56,124 bases of DNA from a virus (IMGVR_UViG_3300047478_000286:1-56124), one strand, 5' to 3'; positions 38,922 to 47,928 are shown, numbered from the stretch's first letter. Notes: a model not told the origin generated them from the sequence alone. Program-made: numbers and translations.

Positions 38922-39400
38922 TTACGCTTATAGCGGCGGTTTCAAAAAACAACGTAATTGGTGACAGCACTTTGAAGACTATGCCTTGGAAATGCTCAAA
39001 AGAGCTGGCGTTTTTCAAAGAAAACACAATGGGCAAGATAGTTGTAATGGGCAGAAAAACTGTTAAGCAGGTCGGCAGGCTACCGGGCAGAGATTGCATT
39101 ATGCTAACTCGCAACCCAAAGCAAATTATGCTTAATTTGTTTCGCCCTTATGACTTGCATACCTTGTTGGAAATGGAGCGCGGCAGTCCGGAGCTTCACT
39201 TCGCAATCTGTGGCGGTGCAGAGATTTACAAGCAACTTGAGCCTTATGCGCATCATGCCTTGATTTCTTACATGAATTTCGACGCGAAAGGCGACACATT
39301 CTGGGAAGAGCTTGACGCAAAATGGGTTGAAACATCGACGCATCGTTTTGATGAATTTATAGCAATAGCTTACACCAACTGCAACCCTTTGTTTTATTGA
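38918..39400 (+). CDS. folA: Dihydrofolate reductase
   Basis: LIAAVSKNNVIG, MPW, VMGRKT, LPGR, CGGAEIY, GDTF. Confidence 0.92.
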   Translation: MITLIAAVSKNNVIGDSTLKTMPWKCSKELAFFKENTMGKIVVMGRKTVKQVGRLPGRDCIMLTRNPKQIMLNLFRPYDLHTLLEMERGSPELHFAICGGAEIYKQLEPYAHHALISYMNFDAKGDTFWEELDAKWVETSTHRFDEFIAIAYTNCNPLFY

Positions 39401-39410
39401 TAAAATAACT

Positions 39411-39428
39411 TAACTAACAAATTACTTA
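39411..39428. promoter_or_regulatory. 18-bp operator-like site (one mismatch)
   Basis: TAACTAACAAATTACTTA. Confidence 0.6.
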
Positions 39429-39444
39429 CAAAAGAGAAATTAAT

Positions 39445-40092
39445 ATGGCACGTAAAATGGAACATATCTTAGCAATGTCAAGAACAGCGGCTGATAAAAT
39501 CGCAGGCTACAAAAGCGGCTTCTTCCCATTCTCGGAAGGGGCTGAAAGATTCCCAGTCGAGATTGATGACCTTTGGGTTGGTTCCAGAGACATCCTTGAG
39601 CAAGATACTGAATACGCACAAATCATTCCCTACGCCATAGTAGAGAGATTCGGCAACGTTTTGGTATACAGAAGAACCAACAAAGGTGGAGAATCACGCT
39701 TGCATGATAATTGGTCTATCGGATTTGGTGGACACATTAGCGTAGGCGACATTTCTGTATCGAAAGATGGCAATCTAATTGACTTAGAAACAACCGTAGC
39801 TAACTGCACTCTCAGAGAGCTTAATGAAGAGCTTAAAATTGAGGCAGGTATGTCGTTCGAAGCTTACGGGTATCTGAGAAGCTACAAAACAGAAGTGGAC
39901 GAGGTTCATTCTGGCTTTGTTATGATTGCAAGAACAGAATCAATGGTTGTCGAGCAAGAAGATGCAATTGAGATTGTTGGTTGGCGCTCGCCCGAAGATT
40001 TGTATAAATCGGCCGAGTTTGAAAAATTAGAGTCTTGGTCGAAGATTGTCATAAAGTATGTGGCAGAGAATGGTGGGCTGCCAAAGCCATGA
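39445..40092 (+). CDS. NUDIX-like phosphoesterase
   Basis: QIIPY, ESRLH..WSIGFGGH, RELNEEL, VH.G, LESWS. Confidence 0.8.
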   Translation: MARKMEHILAMSRTAADKIAGYKSGFFPFSEGAERFPVEIDDLWVGSRDILEQDTEYAQIIPYAIVERFGNVLVYRRTNKGGESRLHDNWSIGFGGHISVGDISVSKDGNLIDLETTVANCTLRELNEELKIEAGMSFEAYGYLRSYKTEVDEVHSGFVMIARTESMVVEQEDAIEIVGWRSPEDLYKSAEFEKLESWSKIVIKYVAENGGLPKP

Positions 40093-40697
40093 GTGGCGGC
40101 GGAATAGGTATTATTGGAGCGCCCAAAACGGGCGTTTCAAGTGTAGCTTTTGAGGTTTGTAATCTTATTAAGTTGCCGCTTTTAATTTGTAACACGCAAA
40201 CCTTTTTTGACATATTGAATATAAACAGATTTACCTGTTCGTTTTCGGAAAAGCTTTTTGTTTACAAAACCTGTCTGGATGCTATGGAAAATAATTATTT
40301 ATTCTGCGACGGTTTGTTTGTTGCTGAAATAATACCGATGCAACTGGCAGCAGAAATTGTTATTGAAGCTGGAAAAGGCGGTTTGAGCCCTTATGAGTCT
40401 GCCGCAGTTACTGACTTCGTAATTAGATGCGAGACGGTTTGTAACTTATACTTTAGGTCAATAGTGTTGGTGCAGCCAGGTATAGTTTGTGAAGGCGCTG
40501 AGGCAGAGAAGCAGGCAAATATTAACTTGGTTCTTTCTGGAATGTTAACCGATGCTAACAAAAGACTTTACATGCAAAAAAGTATTTTAAACCAAACTTT
40601 ACTGGACAATAAACAAAGAGCGGCGACGGTTATAAAGCTTGCTGCTCTTGACGAAAGCCAATTAATGCAACAAAGAAAAAATTCGGTAGTGCATTAA
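40089..40697 (+). CDS. Degenerate P-loop (nucleotide kinase-like) protein
   Basis: IGIIGAPKTGVSS, with Walker A Lys replaced by Val. Confidence 0.6.
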   Translation: MSGGGIGIIGAPKTGVSSVAFEVCNLIKLPLLICNTQTFFDILNINRFTCSFSEKLFVYKTCLDAMENNYLFCDGLFVAEIIPMQLAAEIVIEAGKGGLSPYESAAVTDFVIRCETVCNLYFRSIVLVQPGIVCEGAEAEKQANINLVLSGMLTDANKRLYMQKSILNQTLLDNKQRAATVIKLAALDESQLMQQRKNSVVH

Positions 40698-40707
40698 TTT
40701 AAAATTG

Positions 40708-40725
40708 TAAGTAAATAATTACTTA
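40708..40725. promoter_or_regulatory. 18-bp palindromic operator-like site
   Basis: TAAGTAAATAATTACTTA (perfect 7-bp arms), followed by TTACC-N13-TATAAT. Confidence 0.8.
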
Positions 40726-40783
40726 AAATTACCTATAATTTAGTTGTATAATGTGATTGAGAAACTTTTAAGAGGTCTAAGTG

Positions 40784-40948
40784 ATGGAATTAGTTGATTT
40801 TTTTGTTGGCATGTTTACAGAGGCTGAATTTTGGTTTTCTGTAGCTGTTTTCTTTTGGTTCCTAAATATGGTGTCTTTGACAGTCATGTTTGTTGTTTGT
40901 GTTTGGGCGTTTATCGTTTGGCGCAAAAGAGCAAGAAAAGAGGCTTAG
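40784..40948 (+). CDS. Small membrane protein (54 aa, not in ORF track)
   Basis: GAGG RBS; hydrophobic stretch with basic tail. Confidence 0.6.
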   Translation: MELVDFFVGMFTEAEFWFSVAVFFWFLNMVSLTVMFVVCVWAFIVWRKRARKEA

Positions 40949-41098
40949 CATTCGAATAAAGTTTCTCGTAGTATGATTTTTAGAAAGTTAAAAAATTGTT
41001 GGTATGTAATACACTCAGTCTATTTAATTCTGGGTGTATTGACTTACCTAAAACGCAATACGACAATCAAAACCAATCACTAATACGAGAGAAAGATT

Positions 41099-41641
41099 AT
41101 GGGTGAGTTAGCAGTAAATTTTTTTATAGGTTTATTTGTTGTAAATGGTTTATTTACGATAATGTCAATAATGGTTTTCTATATAAGAATAGAACATGTA
41201 TATAAGATGCCATTTGTTAATTACGTTACCACAACGATGTTTGTTTGTGTAATTTGTGCCTTGATTGGTTCGATATGGAGTATACCGATGTCCATTTCAG
41301 GTGCAATAATTGGATTTTATTTTTATCACATATTTATGATTTACATACCGCCACAGCCTAAAGTTGGAAAAATATATGCCGGAATGCTCACTACATTGGC
41401 AATCATTATCATATTAATGATATACAGTCATAGAGCAAAGGCGGACGTTTATCGACAATATTTACCAGATGGCTCGGTGCATTACAAGTCAACACTGGAA
41501 CAGCCGCTTTATTTTCCACCAGCTCAAGAGTTGACTGGCGGTTATGATAAAGACGTTGTTGAAAGGTATAACAGCAACACAGAAAGCCCAGCGGACGAAA
41601 TGCTTGAAAGAATTGACGAAGCATTAGAGGCGGGAGAATAG
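41099..41641 (+). CDS. Membrane protein with DUF4124-like C-terminal segment
   Basis: Several TMs, then ADVYRQYLPDGSVHY. Confidence 0.65.
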   Translation: MGELAVNFFIGLFVVNGLFTIMSIMVFYIRIEHVYKMPFVNYVTTTMFVCVICALIGSIWSIPMSISGAIIGFYFYHIFMIYIPPQPKVGKIYAGMLTTLAIIIILMIYSHRAKADVYRQYLPDGSVHYKSTLEQPLYFPPAQELTGGYDKDVVERYNSNTESPADEMLERIDEALEAGE

Positions 41642-41716
41642 CGAGAACTTGGTTTGTGAGGACTTACCAAGTTTTAGTGTGATGACAGCCCGGAAAGACG
41701 GGCATTTTTTATGCTC
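41634..41716 (+). ncRNA. c4-like antisense RNA
   Basis: Hairpin AACTTGGT/ACCAAGTT with TTGTGAGG loop, then GATGACA-GCCCG-GAAAGA-CGGGC; recalled as the C4 RNA signature. Confidence 0.55.
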
Positions 41717-41870
41717 AAAAATCGACGCTGTGAGCTGTTTTTAAATTATCTTTAATATGTATCAAGTTAATTAAAAAAACGCTTAAAACGCTTTAAATTC
41801 GATATTTTAAATAGAACCGTTATCTGCTTTGTATAATGTATCAACAGCAATAAAGCACATGGAAATAATC

Positions 41871-42311
41871 ATGACAACCGAAATACCAACTCTTTTTGAA
41901 GAGTTAAGTAGAAAAACTTTTGAAGAGATTGAAAGGTTAGTAAACAACAGGGAAAAGGGCTTAATAACCAACGCGGAGTATAAAGCTTCAATCAATACGG
42001 TTTTCAATATCGCATCGGGTCTTTTAGGTGAAGATTTCTTCGAATTAATCAGCGTTGCAGGTGAAGAGTATCAGGTAGATTATAGCTTTTGCCGTAATCG
42101 TATATTTTCAAATGCAAGCAAGATTGTTTTCATTGCCCGAACAAAAGGTAAGTCACGATATACTTACAGCGTAATTGCGGCAAACTTAACAAAAGCTAAT
42201 CATGTTGAGGGTGAGCTTGATGGTATCGCAGACACAGAAGCCGCTACGGAAATAAAGATTGGCACAATAATACAGACTTTAAAAAAACAAGGCTATTTGG
42301 AGTTAATGTGA
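41871..42311 (+). CDS. Hypothetical protein
   Basis: Downstream of GAACC-N13-TATAAT. Confidence 0.7.
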   Translation: MTTEIPTLFEELSRKTFEEIERLVNNREKGLITNAEYKASINTVFNIASGLLGEDFFELISVAGEEYQVDYSFCRNRIFSNASKIVFIARTKGKSRYTYSVIAANLTKANHVEGELDGIADTEAATEIKIGTIIQTLKKQGYLELM

Positions 42312-42622
42312 AAGATATAGAAAAAATTACAGAGTCGTTAATACAACTTTCTAAGGCGACAGATGCGCTGGTCAGCACGGTTGTTAATGACAGAACGAAT
42401 AACTTAAAAATGTTTGAGGCTCAAAACGCAACAATACAGAACACGCTTGCCTTGCTTTCAAGAACGTTGACAAGACTGGATTTTGCGGAAACCAAAATAG
42501 AAAACCTTGAAGCAAAAATTACAGCAATGAATGAAGGCAGCCCTATCAAAAGAACACCCGGCGAAATTAAATCAGCAGCAAGGGAAATGTGGGAAAAATA
42601 CAAGCGTGGTGAAAATCAATGA
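42308..42622 (+). CDS. Coiled-coil hypothetical protein
   Basis: GTG start with GGAG RBS. Confidence 0.65.
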   Translation: MKDIEKITESLIQLSKATDALVSTVVNDRTNNLKMFEAQNATIQNTLALLSRTLTRLDFAETKIENLEAKITAMNEGSPIKRTPGEIKSAAREMWEKYKRGENQ

Positions 42623-42834
42623 AACCATACAAAAAAAGGGAAAATGTTTTTATCTACGTAGATGGGGAAAAGATGGTTGCTCACGATGCCGCCATCAAAT
42701 ATAAAATATCTGACTCTGCGATTTTATACAGATTGAAACGCGGGTTAAGTGATGAATTATCTGTAAAAATGCATCGCATCAAGTGTCAAAATTTACACAT
42801 TTGGGGGCGATATGAAATTGCTGGTATGCGCTGA
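42619..42834 (+). CDS. Small HTH-like protein, possibly an HNH endonuclease C-terminal remnant
   Basis: YVDGEKM..HDAA.KY.I....ILYRLKRG.S. Confidence 0.45.
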   Translation: MKPYKKRENVFIYVDGEKMVAHDAAIKYKISDSAILYRLKRGLSDELSVKMHRIKCQNLHIWGRYEIAGMR

Positions 42835-43354
42835 CACGGAAACCACTGGGGTTAAAGTGGAAAAAGGTGACAGAGTAATTGAGCTTGCAATGGTCGGTTA
42901 TGACCTCGACGCAAAGAAAGTAATGTTTACGTTCTCCAAGCGGTTTTACGTAACCAAGCAAATCGACCCTAAAGCAAGCTTAGTGCATCGCATCTACAAC
43001 CCTGACCTTCTTAGTTGCAAACCGTTCGATGAATACGCGGACACAATCAATAAGATTTTTAAAATAACAAAGGTGCTTGCGGGGCACAACATTATCAATT
43101 TTGATATTCCTTTTATTTTGGCTGAATTTGATTACGTCAAAAAGAAAATATCCAATGTTGAGATGGCGATGCTTGACACAATGCAAGAATCAAGATGGGC
43201 AACGTGGGATGGTAAAAGCCCAACTTTGGGTGAGTTGTGTTACGCATTTGATGTTGATTATGACCCAACTAAGGCGCACTCTGCTTTGGCTGACGTTAGA
43301 TACAACCTCGCTTGTATATTAAAAGGCATAGAAGCTGGAGTTTATAAATGTTAA
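42812..43354 (+). CDS. dnaQ: DEDDh 3'-5' exonuclease (Pol III epsilon-like)
   Basis: DTETTG, DRVIELA, GHNI.NFD, LDTM, AHSALAD. Confidence 0.9.
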   Translation: MKLLVCADTETTGVKVEKGDRVIELAMVGYDLDAKKVMFTFSKRFYVTKQIDPKASLVHRIYNPDLLSCKPFDEYADTINKIFKITKVLAGHNIINFDIPFILAEFDYVKKKISNVEMAMLDTMQESRWATWDGKSPTLGELCYAFDVDYDPTKAHSALADVRYNLACILKGIEAGVYKC

Positions 43355-43542
43355 TAATTGGGCTAATTGCCGCACTTGCAAGTATACCTTTGTTTTTATT
43401 GGTATATGGCTTAATAGGTCTATTGATGTTGACTGGTTATGTATCAATAGTATTGGAAGGCTTGATAGATTTTTTTGGCTCGCTGCTAGACAGCCAATTA
43501 GAGGTGGTGGAGAAAATATTTCCAGGGAGGGATAAAAACTAG
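43348..43542 (+). CDS. Small membrane protein
   Basis: Hydrophobic 64 aa with GGAG RBS. Confidence 0.55.
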   Translation: MLIIGLIAALASIPLFLLVYGLIGLLMLTGYVSIVLEGLIDFFGSLLDSQLEVVEKIFPGRDKN

Positions 43543-43552
43543 CAACGTTTAA

Positions 43553-43570
43553 TAAGTAACGCATGACTTA
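43553..43570. promoter_or_regulatory. 18-bp palindromic operator-like site
   Basis: TAAGTAACGCATGACTTA. Confidence 0.75.
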
Positions 43571-43619
43571 TTTGCCATGAAAATGGTATACTTTATTTTT
43601 TTAACCATAAAGAGAGAAA

Positions 43620-44966
43620 ATGATGAAATTTTTGAAAGTGTTTTTGGCAGCTTATGTTGCTGTCATGTCTTTTGGTGCACATGCACACGGGACAAATAAC
43701 ATTAATTACCGCGAGTTTGACCATCGTTGCGTAAACACAGCATTGGGTGTAAATCGTAAAATGCTTTACTTCGGTGAGACTTGTGCTCCAGGTGAAACAG
43801 CTACGCACGTCCAATATGACCGGATGTTACCAACTGCGCCACCGCCTCCTCCACCACCTACACCACCAGCCCAAGTATTGCCGTTAACTTATTGCGCACA
43901 ACCGGCATACAACAAAGCGATTGTTCACGTTACAACCGCTGGTGCGATTCCTAACGACAACCTGAGTGATTCAGCAGCTATCCAGTCTGTTATTGACTCA
44001 ACTTCTGCAAACCTAACCACAGCGTTTATTCCGGCTGGAACGTGGAACATTGAACCAAACGTTGTAAAGTTAAAAACCAACACAACTTTAGTTCTTGACC
44101 CATTAGCAGTTATCAAAATGGCTCCTACTAGCGCAGGCAGCTACTCAGTGCTTGATGTTACTGGTGTTAATAACGTAAACGTTTCTGGTGGAACTATCGT
44201 GGGTGACCGTTTAGCTCACACTGGCACTACTGGCGAATGGGGTATGGGTTTCTATATCCGCAACAGCTCACAAATCAACATCGAAAACGTTGCGGTTAAA
44301 GACGCTTGGGGCGATGGTATCTATGTAGGTAACGTCTCTGCTAACGTTAAACTTTGTAAAGTTGTTGTAGATAACGCACGCCGTAATGGTTTGTCTATCA
44401 CCTCTGCTAACAACGTTTTTATTGACCAATCAATCTTCAAAAACACACACGGCACTTTGCCTCAGTCTGGTATTGGTTTAGAGCCTAATGTTAATGAAAC
44501 TGTTAGCAACGTAACCATCAAAAGCACAGAAATGCACGGCAACTACGCCTCTGGTTTCTACGCTGGTTGGGTTCAGTCTGCTACTGGTGCAAGCATCACT
44601 GGCGTTATTTTAGATGGCAACAACATCCATGACAATGGCTTAGATTTATCTACTTCATTTGCTTATGGCATTTTGTTAGACAAACAGGTTAACGCTGTTG
44701 TTAAAAACAACACAATCAAAGACAACAAAAATGCCGGTATCTATGTTGATAGCAACACCACTGGTTCACACATCTTTGGTAACACTTTAACAAACAATGG
44801 TGGTTTCGGTATTCCTTTGGATAACACCGTTTCCAACTCACTTATTGAAAACAACACCATTACAGGCCACGCAACTTGCGACATTATTAGCTGGTCGTCT
44901 GGGGCTGGTAACGTTTGGCGTGCAAACACTGTCGTTAAACCTTGCGGCACTGTTCAACAACCTTAA
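43620..44966 (+). CDS. Secreted right-handed beta-helix (pectin lyase-like) protein
   Basis: Signal peptide, poly-Pro linker, GAIPND..SDSAAIQ..ID, FIPAGTW, WGDGIY, NARRNGLSI, Asn-rich repeats. Confidence 0.85.
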   Translation: MMKFLKVFLAAYVAVMSFGAHAHGTNNINYREFDHRCVNTALGVNRKMLYFGETCAPGETATHVQYDRMLPTAPPPPPPPTPPAQVLPLTYCAQPAYNKAIVHVTTAGAIPNDNLSDSAAIQSVIDSTSANLTTAFIPAGTWNIEPNVVKLKTNTTLVLDPLAVIKMAPTSAGSYSVLDVTGVNNVNVSGGTIVGDRLAHTGTTGEWGMGFYIRNSSQINIENVAVKDAWGDGIYVGNVSANVKLCKVVVDNARRNGLSITSANNVFIDQSIFKNTHGTLPQSGIGLEPNVNETVSNVTIKSTEMHGNYASGFYAGWVQSATGASITGVILDGNNIHDNGLDLSTSFAYGILLDKQVNAVVKNNTIKDNKNAGIYVDSNTTGSHIFGNTLTNNGGFGIPLDNTVSNSLIENNTITGHATCDIISWSSGAGNVWRANTVVKPCGTVQQP

Positions 44967-44970
44967 TTCC

Positions 44971-45082
44971 TGAATAGATTCATTTAAGCAAAAGGCGTGT
45001 TAAGTGTTTGATTTGCTTAACACGCCAATGTTGATGAATAGATTCCTGAATAGATTCGTGAATAGGTTCACGAATAGCTTAA
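44971..45082. repeat. 12-bp repeats flanking an inverted repeat that carries an IHF-consensus site
   Basis: TGAATAGATTCN at 44971, 45035, 45047, 45059, 45071; GGCGTGTTAAG/CTTAACACGCC (44994-45026); TAAGTGTTTGATT. Confidence 0.75.
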
Positions 45083-45109
45083 ATCCCTTAACAATTAATT
45101 GGTAATATT

Positions 45110-46207
45110 ATGAAAAAAATTTTTACACTAATCGCGTTGGTTATGCTTTCAAACATGGCGCAAGCTGCGTTCGAAGCTGGCAACGTTCCATCACCAAAAA
45201 TCGCTGCACCAGCGGGCCCACGCTTCCCTGGTTCACGCATTAAACTTAACGCTGCTTTACCTGACTATGACTTTGCTGAAGGCAAGCAACGTTTAGGCTG
45301 CTTGTGGTCACTTGCACAGAAAGTAGACCCCATAGTTGAACCTAACGTATTCCCTAGTAACCATTTACATGATTTTTATGGCAACCCTACTATAAATCAA
45401 TTCAGCACTGCCGCTTCTTTAGCTTTACCTACTGCTGGCTCTAGCTGCTCAGGTGGTAATGAATATCAGTCGTCTTTTTGGTTCCCTTCAATAGTTGACA
45501 CTAATGATGTCGTAACGCCTGCTTCTGGCTCAACTCCTGCTAAATATCGTTACGTTGGAACTAGCGGCGCTTTGGTATACTACGCAAGTGCTGTAGGTTT
45601 AGAAGGTCGCAAAGTGCAGCCTATCCCATTTGGTTTGAAAATGGTTATCGGCAAAATGCACAACACTAACCCAGCTGAAAACCTGTCTGACTGGTCTTGC
45701 TCTAACGCAACAGGCACGCCCTTTACACGCGTTGGCGCTCAAAAGACTATTCCAACTTGCGTTTATGGCGAAAAGTTGCGTGAATTATTACGTTTTAACC
45801 AGTGTTTGAAGTTGAAGCCAAACGGTCAGCCTTACTTGGATACCGACGCTGTTAACTTCCCCGCTAACGACCACCGTAGTCATTTAGTGCCTACTAGAAC
45901 TGGCAATTGGCAAACTAACCCTGCACAAAACGAGTGTCCTAGTGGTCACATGCTGATTCCACAAGTAACTTTGATTCGTGACACTGTTGTTCCTGCTGGT
46001 AAAACAACAGCCGGTTATCGCTTAGTAACTGACAATAGCAACATGAGCAACCCAGGTGGAACCGCCCATGCCGACTATTTCATGGCGATGAAAGCCAAGT
46101 GGATGAACATGATCGTTGAGAACTGCATCAACGACCACAAGAACTGCGGCATCGGTCTGATGGGTATTGACCCTGCTGATGGTATCAGTAAAGCTCTGAT
46201 TCAATAA
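45110..46207 (+). CDS. Secreted DUF1996-like protein
   Basis: Signal peptide; DPIV.P...SNHLHDFYGN, SSC...SSFWFP, P.GLKMVIG, CPSGH..IPQ, HADY. Confidence 0.8.
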   Translation: MKKIFTLIALVMLSNMAQAAFEAGNVPSPKIAAPAGPRFPGSRIKLNAALPDYDFAEGKQRLGCLWSLAQKVDPIVEPNVFPSNHLHDFYGNPTINQFSTAASLALPTAGSSCSGGNEYQSSFWFPSIVDTNDVVTPASGSTPAKYRYVGTSGALVYYASAVGLEGRKVQPIPFGLKMVIGKMHNTNPAENLSDWSCSNATGTPFTRVGAQKTIPTCVYGEKLRELLRFNQCLKLKPNGQPYLDTDAVNFPANDHRSHLVPTRTGNWQTNPAQNECPSGHMLIPQVTLIRDTVVPAGKTTAGYRLVTDNSNMSNPGGTAHADYFMAMKAKWMNMIVENCINDHKNCGIGLMGIDPADGISKALIQ

Positions 46208-46249
46208 AGCTACAATGCTCGCTTAGATAATAAGCAAGCAGTTAAATAC

Positions 46250-46280
46250 AAAGGCTATCTGTAATGGATAGCCTTTTTTT
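46250..46280 (+). terminator. Rho-independent terminator
   Basis: AAAGGCTATC/GATAGCCTTT plus T run. Confidence 0.85.
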
Positions 46281-46367
46281 ATGCTCATTGCCTAGCTAAA
46301 TGAGTAAAATATACATTGTGGAAAGCAATTAAAGTTTTCTTTTTTATTAATCTTTGGAGTTACTAAA

Positions 46368-47078
46368 ATGGCTGTAGGAATTGTTGAATCTATAAACGAA
46401 AAATCGGAAGGCTTGGACGACCTTGAGTTTGAGAGCTTAATGGATTTTTTATCAGAAAGTGAGAGTGAGGCTGCTATCGAAAAGACAGAAGCTTTGGAAG
46501 TTGCGCCAATTGAAGACATCGTTGCCGCTGTTGAGTTGGATAGCGAACTTGTTGCCGCTGTTGAGCTTGCCACAGAAGTTGTGCCTAGCGTTAAGAAAGA
46601 ACGCAAAGCGAAAGTGGCAAAAGAAAAAGTCGTAAAAGAAAAAGTCGTTGCGGAAGAGAAAGTGATACCAAGAGACTTTTACGCTCTTTTGAAAAGCGAT
46701 GTCGAGCCAGGTGTCGATATAAAAGTTATCGAAGCTGGGACACACGAGCTGATTGAGCAGATGAATAATAAAGTTGGGGCAAAATGCGCAAACTTATTTA
46801 CTGCCGCAAATGGTTTGGGTGGATTCTCTGTATTTGTGCGTATTGGCTTGGAATATGTCTTAACGGCAAAACAAATTGAAAAAGACGATTTCGTTGCCTA
46901 CTTTATGGACGAGGCAAGAAATTCCGTAAGCTCATACGCAAAATCAACCGCGCAGCCGCAAGCTACGAATTTACTTAGCTTGTTTGTTGCTGTAAAGATT
47001 TTGAACAAAACCGACAAGGAATATGCTGTTAACCCTGAAAGCCTTTTGTTGGAAAAGGTAAGGAAGTTATTGCCTTGA
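46368..47078 (+). CDS. Hypothetical protein, acidic N-terminus
   Basis: Promoter TTGCC-N12-TAAAAT and GGAG RBS. Confidence 0.8.
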   Translation: MAVGIVESINEKSEGLDDLEFESLMDFLSESESEAAIEKTEALEVAPIEDIVAAVELDSELVAAVELATEVVPSVKKERKAKVAKEKVVKEKVVAEEKVIPRDFYALLKSDVEPGVDIKVIEAGTHELIEQMNNKVGAKCANLFTAANGLGGFSVFVRIGLEYVLTAKQIEKDDFVAYFMDEARNSVSSYAKSTAQPQATNLLSLFVAVKILNKTDKEYAVNPESLLLEKVRKLLP

Positions 47079-47317
47079 GAAAACCAGACAATTTAAACGA
47101 GTTGGAGCTGTTGCTTGCGGTCACTATGAATCACGTAGTTTATTACCTTGACCAGCACCCAGTTATGCGCTTCTTTGCAAGACTAGGCTTGTTTAACAAG
47201 TTTATTTACGACAAATCTATGGCGTTAGCGTATGAAGAGTTAACAACTGTAGATTTCGATGGCGGTAAATGGCAATTTAAGTATGGCGCTAAAATGAAAA
47301 ATAAGGAAAAGCGATGA
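47075..47317 (+). CDS. Hypothetical protein
   Basis: TTGA overlap. Confidence 0.55.
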   Translation: MRKPDNLNELELLLAVTMNHVVYYLDQHPVMRFFARLGLFNKFIYDKSMALAYEELTTVDFDGGKWQFKYGAKMKNKEKR

Positions 47318-47529
47318 AAGAAGGCGTGAAAATTTATAAATACTCTTTTTTGCTTAACGAGAGGGTTGCTATTGGGACTCTTGCGCCGGACGAGAGTTCT
47401 GCCAGAGCCCAGGCTTTACAGATGTTCGGCAAGGATTCGGTGCTGGACTTGTGCTCAGTAACCTTTAGTCATGTAACCGGAGAGTTCGGAGTTATTGGCA
47501 AAGCAAAAGAAAGCGGTGTAATTGTATAA
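47314..47529 (+). CDS. Hypothetical protein
   Basis: ATGA overlap, AAGGA RBS. Confidence 0.6.
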   Translation: MKEGVKIYKYSFLLNERVAIGTLAPDESSARAQALQMFGKDSVLDLCSVTFSHVTGEFGVIGKAKESGVIV

Positions 47530-47544
47530 GTAGGCATATACTTA
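47527..47544. promoter_or_regulatory. 18-bp palindromic operator-like site
   Basis: TAAGTAGGCATATACTTA, begins at a stop codon. Confidence 0.7.
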
Positions 47545-47584
47545 TATTATGGTAAAATAAAACCTCAATTAATCCGGAGGTTTT

Positions 47585-47845
47585 ATGAAAGTTGTAGATG
47601 AAGTGGTAAAGGTTGCTATTAGCGCCTTAGTTAGAGCGTTGGGTCATGGTGGTGTGTTTTCAAGAATTAAGGCGTTAGTTGTTACGGCTGACAATCAATT
47701 GGAAGGCGCTAACGGTGTGGTTAAAAAGGATTTTGTTATTAATTCTATGAAAATCGTTTTCCAAGACCTCGCTGTTCCAGTTGGGCAGGCTATTTTGAAT
47801 TTATTGTTGGAGTTAGCGGTAACTTACGTTAAACGCTCTAAGTAA
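47585..47845 (+). CDS. Hypothetical protein (weakly holin-like)
   Basis: GGAGG RBS; G..KK..V and NLLLELAV patterns. Confidence 0.65.
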   Translation: MKVVDEVVKVAISALVRALGHGGVFSRIKALVVTADNQLEGANGVVKKDFVINSMKIVFQDLAVPVGQAILNLLLELAVTYVKRSK

Positions 47846-47928
47846 CCCTCTAAACACCTGCTTTAAACGCTATAATAGTAAATAACAACTTAGTTATTTA
47901 ATTATTCTTTTTTAGCAGGTGTTTCTTT

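Noticed and set aside
47585-47845. Lysis cassette around the holin-like ORF
   Set aside because: Weak similarity, and no endolysin or spanin nearby
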